Shown here in pieces: positions 39,642-49,007 of a stretch of DNA of 64,000 nt. The notes below the pieces were generated by a model. The model did no database searches and was not told where the DNA came from. It saw only the letters and a program-made list of their open reading frames with translations. Source of the DNA: Polyangiaceae bacterium (GTDB lineage Bacteria > Myxococcota_A > Polyangia > Polyangiales > Polyangiaceae); contig JBNKBE010000010.1 in assembly GCA_050287085.1 (NCBI GenBank), positions 32,001 through 96,000 of the forward strand, in the 5' to 3' direction. Within the stretch, counting starts at the first letter, position 1, and each line of letters opens with the position of its first letter. Position numbers and translations under genes: made by a program.

Positions 39642-41435
39642 ATGAGAATGAGAACAGCAAGGACGGCTACTGCGCCATTCGCGGCAGCCACTGCACCAAT
39701 TGTAGACAGCGCTTTGCTACGGGCGCTCCCGGCCATCCTGCTAGCGACGGGCTTTGCGCTGGGTTGTGCTGCTCCGGGCAACGAAACCAAAGCGACGGCT
39801 GCCGGGGCTTCAGAGCGGGACGACGCTGGGGTCGACGACGCCCCGGGGAAGAAGGACGATTCGTCAGACGACGGAGAGCGTCCGCCGAGTCCTACCGGTG
39901 ACGACAAGATGGTGGTGCAGCCGGTAACGTGTGAACTCGGTGAGCTGGTCCGAGCTCGCGTTCGTCGGCTGACGGAGAAAGAGTTCAACAATACGGTTGC
40001 CTACGTATTCGGTCGCGACGACTTGCCGAAGCTCTCGTTTCCGCAAGATCCGATCGCCAATGGGTACGCCAACAAGTCCGAGCAGTTGCGCGTGACCGGG
40101 AGCTTGGCGCAACTGTTGTGGCTCGATACGGAGGGCTTGGCGGACGCTGTCGCGGATGATCTGGTGAAGGCTGCTGGCTGCAACGACGGAGCGGATTGTG
40201 CGCGCAGCATTCTGGAACCCCTGGCGGAGCGGGCGTATCGAGGAAAGTCGAATTCCGAGACGCTTGATGAGTTGGTTTCGGTCGCACAAGACACCGCTGA
40301 GGGGCTTTCGTTTGAGGATGGTATCAAGAACGCATTGCGAGTGCTCTTGCAATCCTCCGAGTTCATCTACAATACGGAACTTGGTGCTCCGGATAGCAGT
40401 GCTCCGGATAAGGCTGGGACGGGCGTCAAGTTAACTCCGGGGGAGATCGCCTCGCAGCTCTCTTACCTGGTGACCGGTGGTCCTCCCGACACGGAGCTGC
40501 TGCAGTTGGCGAACGACTCGAAAGCACTCTTCGATCCTGATACGCGTGAGATCCAGGTGCGCCGACTGTTGCAGGAACCTGGCGCGCGAGAGCGCATTGG
40601 TGACTTTGCCGAGCAGTGGATGGAGTTGTTAGCTCTGCCCAAGAAGGCAAAGGACGTCCAGGGCGACAAGGACTGGAGCAAGGTGCTGCCGGACGCATTG
40701 CAGGAAATGCGTACAACCGTCGCGGACGCGGTGCTGAGCGACGGTGCGTCGCTGGCCGACCTCTTCCTCTTCGATCGTTCCCGCGGCACGGCGGCGTTGG
40801 CGGAGTATTATGACGCGACAATCGAGGATGGCTGGATCGAGCTGCCCGAGGAGCGTCGTGGCTTTTTGACACTCGGTGCTTTTCTTGCCGACAACGGCCA
40901 GGCCATCTACGGCTCACCGGTGAAGCGGGGTCATTTCGTTCGGGTCCGCTTGTTGTGCCAAGACGTGCCGCCTCCACCGGCAGATCTCATTGTCAATCCC
41001 CCAGCAGAGGACCCGACGCAAAGCGCCCGGGACAGATTCGTCGACCACTCCACCGACAAGAACTGCTGGGGTTGTCACGTTCTTATCGATCCGATTGGGT
41101 ACGCCTTTTCCAATTTCGACGGTGCGGGGCGCAGGCTGACCGACGACAACGGCCACACCGTGGATACCAGCGGTGACCTTGCGCTCAGCGACGTGGACGG
41201 TGCCTTGAAGGACGCGGTCGATCTGAGCGAGAAGCTTTCCCGAAGTCAGCAGGCACGCGAGTGCTTCGCTGGACACCTCATGGAGTTCTCGGCGGCCGCC
41301 ACAGTGCAGAAGGGGTCCCGCTGCGCCGTGGACGAGGTCGCTTCCGAGTTTGTCGCAGGGAAGGCCAATATTGAAGACTTGCTGGTTGCGTTGACTCGCT
41401 CGGAGTTGATGACCAACCGTGCGCCGCAGCAGTAG
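39642..41435 (+). CDS. DUF1592-family heme c (CWGCH) lipoprotein
   Basis: Lipobox ALGC, VRRLT..EFNNTV, LQS.EFIY, GPPD.EL, SPVKRG..VR..LLC..VPPPP, CWGCH..IDPIG. Start approximate. Confidence 0.85.
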   Translation: MRMRTARTATAPFAAATAPIVDSALLRALPAILLATGFALGCAAPGNETKATAAGASERDDAGVDDAPGKKDDSSDDGERPPSPTGDDKMVVQPVTCELGELVRARVRRLTEKEFNNTVAYVFGRDDLPKLSFPQDPIANGYANKSEQLRVTGSLAQLLWLDTEGLADAVADDLVKAAGCNDGADCARSILEPLAERAYRGKSNSETLDELVSVAQDTAEGLSFEDGIKNALRVLLQSSEFIYNTELGAPDSSAPDKAGTGVKLTPGEIASQLSYLVTGGPPDTELLQLANDSKALFDPDTREIQVRRLLQEPGARERIGDFAEQWMELLALPKKAKDVQGDKDWSKVLPDALQEMRTTVADAVLSDGASLADLFLFDRSRGTAALAEYYDATIEDGWIELPEERRGFLTLGAFLADNGQAIYGSPVKRGHFVRVRLLCQDVPPPPADLIVNPPAEDPTQSARDRFVDHSTDKNCWGCHVLIDPIGYAFSNFDGAGRRLTDDNGHTVDTSGDLALSDVDGALKDAVDLSEKLSRSQQARECFAGHLMEFSAAATVQKGSRCAVDEVASEFVAGKANIEDLLVALTRSELMTNRAPQQ

Positions 41436-41447
41436 AGGAGATACCCC

Positions 41448-42920
41448 GTGGCATCCATCAAGCATCAGCGTAGACAATTCATTCGCGCGGTCGGTGCGTC
41501 GGCAACGGCACTACCATTCTTCGACTTGCTGCGCTCTTCGGCCGTTCAGGGGCAGGGTTCTGGCGATCCCCTCCGCCTCGTCACGTTGTACACTTCTCAC
41601 GGCGGCGATTGGATCTACACGCGCCCGAAGGGCGTCAATGTCAGCAAGCGTGGTGTCAGCTCACCGATTGACGCGGAGAGCCTCAAGTTTGAGCACTCGG
41701 TGTTGGAGCCGTTGGCCAAGCACGTTTCGCGAATGATGGTGCTCGAAGGCGTCGGTATGACCGAAGGCTTGTTGCGCGGTGGTGGCAACGATCCGACGCA
41801 GGCTCGGACCTTGTTCGTTGGGCATGAGCACACAGCGGGGAATGCCTTCACGGGCTCCAGAATCGAGTGGCAGGGCGAGGAGGCGTATCCGCTGGGGCCG
41901 TCTCTGGAGTACGAGCTGGGGCAGCAGCTCGGGGGTGACACAGCTGTACGGTCCATCCAACTGGGGCTAGCGGCGGCAACTCATTCCCACGTTGGCTGCG
42001 TGTCATTCAACGAAAGCGGGCAGCGTTTGCCCGGGATTGGGGAGCCGCGGGAGTCCTTCCGACAACTGTTCGGAGACAACTTTGCCGTCTCCGAGGGGGA
42101 CACGGGTCCGGATCTCGAGTTGCGAAACAATCTGCGCGTCGTGGACGCCCTGCAGAAGAGCGCGGAGCGCCTGCGTGGTCGTCTCGCAGGACCCGAGCGT
42201 GCCAAGTTGGATGAACACCTGTCGGCGATGGCGGATATCGAGAGCCGGCTGGAGGCGCAATCGAAGGCGGTTATTCCGATAAGCTGCGGGGAGCCTTCGG
42301 CGCCTCCTGAAAAGGTGACGGACTTCCAGGAGGTCAGTCAGCTCCAGTTAGACGTTCTGGCTCAAGCTCTGGCGTGCAACCGTACACGCTTCGTCGGGAT
42401 GAGCTGGGGGAGCTCGATCAGCAAGATGGAGTTCCTGCATGGCAATGAGGTCGCTGACCTGCATTCCGATGTCGCGCACGCCGTCGACGTTCGCGACACG
42501 AGTGATGAGTATACGCCGGATTCGCTCAAGGCGTCGCAGCATATGGCGCAGGTCAATCGGTGGTACGCGACGCAATTGGCTCAGTTCATGGACCGCCTGG
42601 ATTCCATTCAGGAGGGTGACGGCACGGTGCTGGACAATACGCTCATCGTGTGGGCTCAGGACTTTGGGCCTCAGGTTCATGGGGGCCTGAACGTGCCCTA
42701 CATTTTGCTCGGCGGAGGCGCGACCCAGTTCAAGATGGGGCGTCATCTTCACATCAGTGACCCCGTGGATCCCAACGAGCGGCAATGGCCACAGCTGACG
42801 CGGGTCGAACGTTCAACCCCGAACAATCATCTCATGATCTCCATTCTGAACGAGTTTGGTATTGAGACGGATAAGTTCAATTCGGAGGAGTTCACGGGTC
42901 CGCTTTCGGACCTGACGTGA
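41448..42920 (+). CDS. DUF1552-family Tat-exported protein
   Basis: GAGGAG RBS, RRQFIR Tat motif, LEPL, ALACNRTR, LHSDVAH, E.DGTVLDNTL..W, VH...NVP. Confidence 0.85.
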   Translation: MASIKHQRRQFIRAVGASATALPFFDLLRSSAVQGQGSGDPLRLVTLYTSHGGDWIYTRPKGVNVSKRGVSSPIDAESLKFEHSVLEPLAKHVSRMMVLEGVGMTEGLLRGGGNDPTQARTLFVGHEHTAGNAFTGSRIEWQGEEAYPLGPSLEYELGQQLGGDTAVRSIQLGLAAATHSHVGCVSFNESGQRLPGIGEPRESFRQLFGDNFAVSEGDTGPDLELRNNLRVVDALQKSAERLRGRLAGPERAKLDEHLSAMADIESRLEAQSKAVIPISCGEPSAPPEKVTDFQEVSQLQLDVLAQALACNRTRFVGMSWGSSISKMEFLHGNEVADLHSDVAHAVDVRDTSDEYTPDSLKASQHMAQVNRWYATQLAQFMDRLDSIQEGDGTVLDNTLIVWAQDFGPQVHGGLNVPYILLGGGATQFKMGRHLHISDPVDPNERQWPQLTRVERSTPNNHLMISILNEFGIETDKFNSEEFTGPLSDLT

Positions 42921-44302
42921 TGTCCTCAGGCGTTGAGTCGGGGCTTGGCATGCGACTCCCCGAGGTGCTGTTGTGCCCGAGTTGCGCGCAGCCAGCGCTG
43001 AACTCCGATTTGCGGTGTACGGCTTGTGGCAAAGCAGTAAGTCACGTCGGGCGCGTGCCGATGCTGGTATCGGCGCCGGAGCGCTGGCTTGACCAGTTTC
43101 GCGGCGAGCTGCTCGCGACGCGCCGCGGTGCGGCGACGACGGTCGCCGCCCTAGAACGCGAAGCGCGCAAGCCCGGGCTATTGGCGACAACGCGTCGGCG
43201 TCTGGCTGCGCAGTGCGAAATCACAACGGCGCTGATCGATGATGTCGAGCGGGTCCTGTTGCCAGCGCTGGGCGAGCCGCGTGGGGACGAGCTCCCTCGT
43301 GTGGACTTCCATCCCCTTTCGGGGCTGCACTTTCTGCATCGCGACTGGGGTGGTGGCGGGGAAGAGGAAGTGGAGCGGACTTTGGATCTGGTTCAACAGG
43401 TGTTAGCGCCGCGCGCGCTCGGGCGCGCCCTGGTGCTGGGGACCGGTGGCTCCCGTCTTGCACACGAACTACACCTGCTTCGCGGTGCAACTTTGACGTT
43501 GGCCCTGGACGTCGATCCGTTCGTATTGCTCGTGGCGGAGTCGGTCACAAGCGGGAACACCGTGACGTTAACCGAAGCTCGCTCAAACGCGACCGACCTC
43601 GAGCAGCTGTCGAAGCGACGCGAGTTGCGACTGCGAGGCCCCCGCCCCGAGAACTTCCACTTGGCGCTCGCCGACGGCCTTGCTGCGCCCCTGCGCGAAG
43701 GCGTGTTTGATACGATCGTCACTCCTTGGTTCATCGATTTGGTTCCAGACGACATGAGAACCTTCCTGGGAACCCTTTCGCGACTGCTCGCGCCGGGTGG
43801 ACAGTGGGTCAACGTCGGACCTCTCTTGTACCCCGAAGAGCGTGGCTTGGCCTTGCGCTACTCCGAGCAAGAATTGTTTGAACTAGTGGAGATGGCCGGC
43901 TTTTCGCTGGGGGGGCGAGCGCACGATGTGGTCCCATTTTCCTATTCGCCCCTGGCACAGCGAGGAAAGCTCGAGGGGGTTGTTGCTTTCCGGGCGGATT
44001 GGGGGGCCTATGGTGACCGCGCCGGCGGGGTGCCAGCCGCCCACGAGCTGACGTTGAGTGGGGGGACGCTGCCAGCTTGGTTGGTGTTGCCACACCTGCT
44101 CGTCCCGCGCCTATGCGACGGCCCTGCGCCCGAGCAGGGCCGAGTTGGCCTACGCATCTTGGCGCTCGCCGACGGGACGCGTTCGATCGGCGACATCGCG
44201 CGTGCGCTCAGTGTGCACTCAGAAGCCGACGCGAGGGTGCTGACCGACGTTGTCCGTCATTGTCTCGTCGAAGTACTTCGCTTTCGCTCCGACGTGAGCT
44301 GA
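42920..44302 (+). CDS. SAM-dependent methyltransferase, carnosine N-methyltransferase (N2227)-like, with N-terminal CxxC/CxxC zinc ribbon
   Basis: CPSC..CTAC, RDWG, LVLGTGGSRL, FD.IVT.WFID, L.PGG.WVN.GPLLY. TGATG overlap with DUF1552 (alternative start 42950). Confidence 0.7.
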   Translation: MSSGVESGLGMRLPEVLLCPSCAQPALNSDLRCTACGKAVSHVGRVPMLVSAPERWLDQFRGELLATRRGAATTVAALEREARKPGLLATTRRRLAAQCEITTALIDDVERVLLPALGEPRGDELPRVDFHPLSGLHFLHRDWGGGGEEEVERTLDLVQQVLAPRALGRALVLGTGGSRLAHELHLLRGATLTLALDVDPFVLLVAESVTSGNTVTLTEARSNATDLEQLSKRRELRLRGPRPENFHLALADGLAAPLREGVFDTIVTPWFIDLVPDDMRTFLGTLSRLLAPGGQWVNVGPLLYPEERGLALRYSEQELFELVEMAGFSLGGRAHDVVPFSYSPLAQRGKLEGVVAFRADWGAYGDRAGGVPAAHELTLSGGTLPAWLVLPHLLVPRLCDGPAPEQGRVGLRILALADGTRSIGDIARALSVHSEADARVLTDVVRHCLVEVLRFRSDVS

Positions 44303-44310
44303 CGGCGGCG

Positions 44311-45294
44311 TTAGGGGCCGAGCGGCGCGTACTGGTGCACGCAGCGAACGTAGCGCCAGATGTCAGAGGGGACGTCGCTCCACAGCGCCCGAGCCAAGTT
44401 GGTTTCGAGGTGGGCCATCGTGCGCATGCCCACGATGGCTGCGGTCACCCCCGGGGGGTGAAGGGCTATGTTCAGGGCAAGCGTACAGGTATCGATATCT
44501 CGTTCGGCCGCCAGCTGACGATAAGCCAGGATGCGACGCCACTTGCGATCGCTATAGACTTCCTGATCGCTGCGCGCAGGACCGAGCCAACCGCCACCGA
44601 ATACACCGCGGACGAGCAGTCCTGTTCCACTCGCGGCCGCCGCGGGAATGGCTTCGTCGAGAGCTTCCTGATCGAGCAGGCCGAAGGGCAACTGAATGGC
44701 CGCGACGGCGCTGCATTGCGCCCAGCGGGGTACGTCGTCTAGGTCTTCCAGACCAACGCCAACGTAGCGGACTTTGCCCTCCCGTTGCAGCGCCTCCAAC
44801 GCGCTAAGCAGTGCGTCGTCCTGCGCTTGCGCACTGCGGGGTGCGTGAAGCTGGTACAGGTCGATGTAGTCGGTTCGCAACCTGCGGAGGCTGCTCTCCA
44901 CAGCTTTTCGCAAGTACGTAGCCGAGAAGTCTTGAGCGGTGAAGCGCGCTTGGGCGCCAGCGAATCGTTGTTGGCCCTTGCGGGCGACCTGGCGTAGCGG
45001 TTCCCACGGCCGAGTGCTTCCAACGTATTCGTCGAAGCGGTAGCCACCTTTGGTGGCGATGATCACCTCGCTGCGTCGTCGGTGTAGCGCCTCCCCGAGC
45101 ACGGCTTCACTGTCGCCGTCCCCGTAGGCATCCGCGGTGTCGAATAGGTTGATGCCGGCGTCGACCGCAGCGTTGAGGAGCGCATGGGCCGCCTTGCGCT
45201 TCTTGCCCGCCTCGGAGTAGCCACCCAAGCGAGAGCACCCGAACCCGATCACGGAAACCTCGAGGTCGGTCTGACCCAGTCGCCTTCTCAACAT
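44311..45294 (-). CDS. aldo/keto reductase
   Basis: RRLGQT.LEVS.IGFG, FDTAD.YG.G.SE, IATK, SLRRL.TDYIDLYQLH, GKVRY.GV. Confidence 0.92.
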   Translation of the reverse strand: MLRRRLGQTDLEVSVIGFGCSRLGGYSEAGKKRKAAHALLNAAVDAGINLFDTADAYGDGDSEAVLGEALHRRRSEVIIATKGGYRFDEYVGSTRPWEPLRQVARKGQQRFAGAQARFTAQDFSATYLRKAVESSLRRLRTDYIDLYQLHAPRSAQAQDDALLSALEALQREGKVRYVGVGLEDLDDVPRWAQCSAVAAIQLPFGLLDQEALDEAIPAAAASGTGLLVRGVFGGGWLGPARSDQEVYSDRKWRRILAYRQLAAERDIDTCTLALNIALHPPGVTAAIVGMRTMAHLETNLARALWSDVPSDIWRYVRCVHQYAPLGP

Positions 45295-45297
45295 GCT

Positions 45298-46779
45298 CTA
45301 GCGTCTCCGCAGATCTGCCGTTAGCTGGTCGGCAGCTCGTGCAGCGAGCGCCATGGCCGTCAGCGTCGGGTTCTTTTCGGGGCTCGTCGTGAAACAGGCG
45401 GCGTCTCCGACGAGGAGATTGGGAGCCCCGTATACGCGGTTGAAGGCGTCTACTACACCGTGTTCTGCCGAGGCGTGCATCCGGGCACTGCCGCCATAGT
45501 GAACAGCCCCCCCAGGGCGCACTTGGTTGGGCTCTAGCTCGGTCAGACGACACTGGTAGCCGGCGCCCGCGAGAATCTCAAATAGCCGTTCGCGCGCATT
45601 CTCGATCAGCGTCATGGCGTCATCGTCGAAGCGCATTTGTATCCTTGCTTTGGGCAGTCCATCCGGTGCGACCTCGGCTGGATGGAGATCGATGCGGTCG
45701 TCGGCGGTCGGCACCATGGTACCGAATACCTGGCAACCGAAGGAACGCGTTTCGCTCGGCAATAGCCCCAAGAGCTTCTCTTTGAGGTTGGTTGAGCCGA
45801 GAGTCCAAGATGTGCCCATGAGCGGGGGCGCCCCTTCGAAGGGCCCCCGCGTCATGTATGCGGACGGTTTGAGCCGGGGTAACGGCTTGTTCGTCTCGAA
45901 AGCCCACCATTCACGCGTATGATCGTGCAGGTAGCGTCCGACTAGGTCGCGATCGTTCCCGAGTCCGGTGGGAAAGCGCCGCGACTTGGAGTTGAGCAGC
46001 AGTCGCGCTGAGTGAATGGCGCCGGCGCAGAGGACGAAGGCGGCGCCAGCGCACGAGCGTTCGGCGCCGCTACTCTTGTCGCGGTACAACGCGGCCGTGA
46101 CAGTTCCAAGGTTTTCGGACCATTCGAAGCCCTGTACCTCCGCTCCGCTGACCAACTCGAAAAGGGGTGAACTTAGCAGGCCACGTACGATGCTGGAGTA
46201 GCTGTTAAAAGCGGTGCCCTGTCTGCGAGCGAAGAATGGGGCACCGTCGGCGAGGGGCAAAGTCAGTAGTCCGTGCCCTTGCTCGGCGGCAGCGCGGCTG
46301 GCTTTGTCCCAGCCTGGCGGCAGCTCCATGCGCCAGTCGGCGTAGCCGGCCGGCAGCGTCGGAAAGCTATGGCTCGACGCCACGATGCCCATGAGTCGTT
46401 CCGCTTTCTCGTAGTAGGGAACGAGCTCGTCGTACGACAGTGGCCAGACGTACTTCTCGTGCAGTCGTTGCCCGTCATAGAAGTCTTCTCGTGCAAAACG
46501 CGGAACGGCACCGGTCCAGTTGTTGGACATGCCGCCGAGAGCCAGGTTCATGAACCAGCGCGTGTTCTCCGAACGGTGATACTCAGCGGCGTCGCTTCCA
46601 AAGGAACCGGGAGGCTTCTTCCGGAATAGATTCTGACCGAAGGCGCGAACGAGTAGGCCGTCAGGGCCACTGGTCCCAGCCTCCAGCAGGGTAACGGGAA
46701 CGCCGTTGCGAATCAGTTGCCAAGCTGCGATCGCTCCGGTGGGACCGCTGCCGACGACGACGACGCGCTGTTGAGTCAT
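45298..46779 (-). CDS. GMC family FAD oxidoreductase (sugar dehydrogenase-like)
   Basis: VVGSGPTG, LEAG, GG.SN.W, GA..SARLLL.S, VGRYL.DH, H..G.ARM, NPTLT.MALA.R. Confidence 0.9.
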   Translation of the reverse strand: MTQQRVVVVGSGPTGAIAAWQLIRNGVPVTLLEAGTSGPDGLLVRAFGQNLFRKKPPGSFGSDAAEYHRSENTRWFMNLALGGMSNNWTGAVPRFAREDFYDGQRLHEKYVWPLSYDELVPYYEKAERLMGIVASSHSFPTLPAGYADWRMELPPGWDKASRAAAEQGHGLLTLPLADGAPFFARRQGTAFNSYSSIVRGLLSSPLFELVSGAEVQGFEWSENLGTVTAALYRDKSSGAERSCAGAAFVLCAGAIHSARLLLNSKSRRFPTGLGNDRDLVGRYLHDHTREWWAFETNKPLPRLKPSAYMTRGPFEGAPPLMGTSWTLGSTNLKEKLLGLLPSETRSFGCQVFGTMVPTADDRIDLHPAEVAPDGLPKARIQMRFDDDAMTLIENARERLFEILAGAGYQCRLTELEPNQVRPGGAVHYGGSARMHASAEHGVVDAFNRVYGAPNLLVGDAACFTTSPEKNPTLTAMALAARAADQLTADLRRR

Positions 46780-46805
46780 GGGGTTGCTCTCCTTGCTTCG
46801 GAACG

Positions 46806-47999
46806 TTAGCGGCGGTTCGAGCGGGGGTGTGCTGGAGCGGCGAGTTGTTCGTAGACGCTCGCGATGCGCTCCGTCATCGCGGAAGCGGTAAACAGCGACA
46901 GTACGCGCTCCCGGCCCGCGTTGCCCATGCGTTTTGCACAGGCTTCGTCCGCCAGTAGTTGGGTTAGGTGTTCGGCGAGCCGCGGTACGTCCCACGGCGG
47001 AGATAGGAGTCCGGTTTCGCCGTGCACGACGACCTCGGGAGTGCCCCCATCCGTCAGCGAAACAACCGGTTTGGCGGAGGCCATCGCCTCCAGATAGACC
47101 AGCCCGAAGGGCTCCTCGAAGCTTGGCAGTGCGAAGACGTCACACGCGGCCATCAGCTCCGGAATGTCGCTCCGCTGGCCTGTGAAAGTGATCCGTTCTG
47201 TCAGCGCCAACGTTGAAGCGAGGCTTTCCAGTTCGGCGCGGAAGGACTTGCCTTGGAGGTGCGGAGCATCCTCTCCGACGATCACGAGATGAGCTCGCGG
47301 GCGCTCCTCGGCAACCCGTTCGAACGCGCGAATCAACTCTCGCTGGCCCTTGCCCTCGAACAAGCGTGCAACCGATAGGATGACCTCGGCGTTGCTTGCG
47401 ATGCCGAGTTGCGCCCTGACGTCTGCGACGGAGTAGCGTGCAAGAAACGGTGCTGGATCAATTCCATTGTGCACCGTGAACACCGGCCCCTTGCGCCCTT
47501 GTGCGTAGACGCTCTTGGTAACGAAGTCGGAGATGCTCACTACGCCGTCCGCGTGGCTGACGCCATAGCGCGGCAGGCGATCGTAGCCCGCAGCCCACTT
47601 GATGTGGACGTGTAGGACGCTTTTCGTCTGACATAGTCGTCCCAGGGCCAGATTGTAGAGGACTTCCCTGGGGCGCTCGCAGCTGTGCACGACCCGAATG
47701 CCTTCGCGTCTCACGCGTTGGGCAAGTTGCGCGGCCCCGACCAGCACCCGACCGAAGCTCTTGGCTCCGCCGCCGTCTCCGAGGCTTGGAGCGAACTCGG
47801 TTTCGATGATCTGCAGGTCGGGAACGTCCCGAAAGCGCAGGAGCGCTTGACTCGGTGCTGCCTTCGTTCCGGGAGCGCATGCCAAGAAGGGACGGAAACG
47901 GTCGCGGTCGAGTTCACGCAAAATGGATTCGTGAACTGCCGCATCCGCTCCAAAGCGTTCTCGCGCTTGGAGAAAGAGCACCCCAATGCGTTCAGCCAT
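46806..47999 (-). CDS. GT4 family glycosyltransferase
   Basis: VHNGID, VARL..GKG, F.G.RSD, PS.EEPFGLV.LEAMA, GG.PEVV. Confidence 0.92.
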   Translation of the reverse strand: MAERIGVLFLQARERFGADAAVHESILRELDRDRFRPFLACAPGTKAAPSQALLRFRDVPDLQIIETEFAPSLGDGGGAKSFGRVLVGAAQLAQRVRREGIRVVHSCERPREVLYNLALGRLCQTKSVLHVHIKWAAGYDRLPRYGVSHADGVVSISDFVTKSVYAQGRKGPVFTVHNGIDPAPFLARYSVADVRAQLGIASNAEVILSVARLFEGKGQRELIRAFERVAEERPRAHLVIVGEDAPHLQGKSFRAELESLASTLALTERITFTGQRSDIPELMAACDVFALPSFEEPFGLVYLEAMASAKPVVSLTDGGTPEVVVHGETGLLSPPWDVPRLAEHLTQLLADEACAKRMGNAGRERVLSLFTASAMTERIASVYEQLAAPAHPRSNRR

Positions 48000-48038
48000 G
48001 AGCATCAAGCGGTCGTGTGGGTCTAGATCGCGGCGGGG

Positions 48039-48542
48039 TCATTTCTTGCGCGGAGGCGGGTCGTCGATGGCAGCGGCGCAGATGATGTGCTGACGCCCAA
48101 TCTCTTGCACCGTACGCGCGACATCTCGAATCTTCATGGCTCCCAGGCGAGCGCATAGAATCGTGCCATCTGTGCCGCGCGCCACCGGCGATGTTACCGG
48201 GTTTTCCGCGCAGGGCGCCAAGGCGACGAGCACCGGACCAGATTCCATGGCTTGCCGCAAGTGCGCGAGGAAGACACCGTTGTTGCCCAGCCGTACCCCC
48301 GTCGCGTCGGCGACGTGGATCTGCTGTCCGAGATGCGCCATGCCGGTGCGGGCAAGGTTCATTGCGACCTCGATGGAGAAGTTCGGACCCGCACCGGGGC
48401 CAGCCGGAACAACGGCCAAGCAACGCCAGTGGCGCTCGATCGTTTGTAGCCACAAGCGCTCCCACTGCGGATCGCTCACGAGGTGATCTGACAACTGGAT
48501 ACTTCGCTGCACGTAGGGAGCGATTTGGCGATCCGTGGTCAT
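48039..48542 (-). CDS. degenerate BY-kinase-like protein (putative tyrosine pseudokinase)
   Basis: AVVPAGPGAGPNFSIEVAMNLA aligns by eye to the BY-kinase Walker A (PGEGKS...NLA) but lacks the Lys; TDGTILCARLG matches DGVLLVVR.G; no Tyr cluster; lies in the EPS locus. Confidence 0.65.
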   Translation of the reverse strand: MTTDRQIAPYVQRSIQLSDHLVSDPQWERLWLQTIERHWRCLAVVPAGPGAGPNFSIEVAMNLARTGMAHLGQQIHVADATGVRLGNNGVFLAHLRQAMESGPVLVALAPCAENPVTSPVARGTDGTILCARLGAMKIRDVARTVQEIGRQHIICAAAIDDPPPRKK

Positions 48543-49007
48543 TCATCCACCGTGAACCGCCCCGGGGCGGACTGCGAGTTCCTCATGTCGAAGTCGAATC
48601 ATCCCGCATGAGGCCTTGAAGCGGAAGCGGGGAGCGTGGCTGTGTGCCGGCCGAACTACCGGTGGAACGCCCGGGCATAGTCTCTAGTTCGCGGGGCAAA
48701 CAGCAGCAGTGAAACCTCCCTTTCAGGACGTGAGGTGATGCGCGCGCTGTCCATCGCTTTCGGCAGGGGACTTGTCGTGGTCCGGGCTGGGTTCCGTGGG
48801 TGGGTCCCCCTGGACTGGAGAGCGAGGGACGCGGCGCGGGGACTGACCCCGAGTCGGCGTGCGAGGCGACCCAGGAGGGGCTCGGTGATGACGTATATCG
48901 TCCAAGCGAGCGCCGAGTGGCCGGTCTTCTGGCGCCGCGACGGGCCGAGTTGTCGGGGCGAGTCCTTTGAGTGGACGCTTGAGCTGCACGGCTCATATAG
49001 TGCCACA

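Noticed and set aside
48690..48740. c-di-GMP-I riboswitch-like words (GGCAAAC...GAAA...GGACG) upstream of the GT2-wzx operon
   Set aside because: The segments flanking GAAA are not complementary and the following CAAA/P3 elements are missing. An Rfam/Infernal scan would be decisive.
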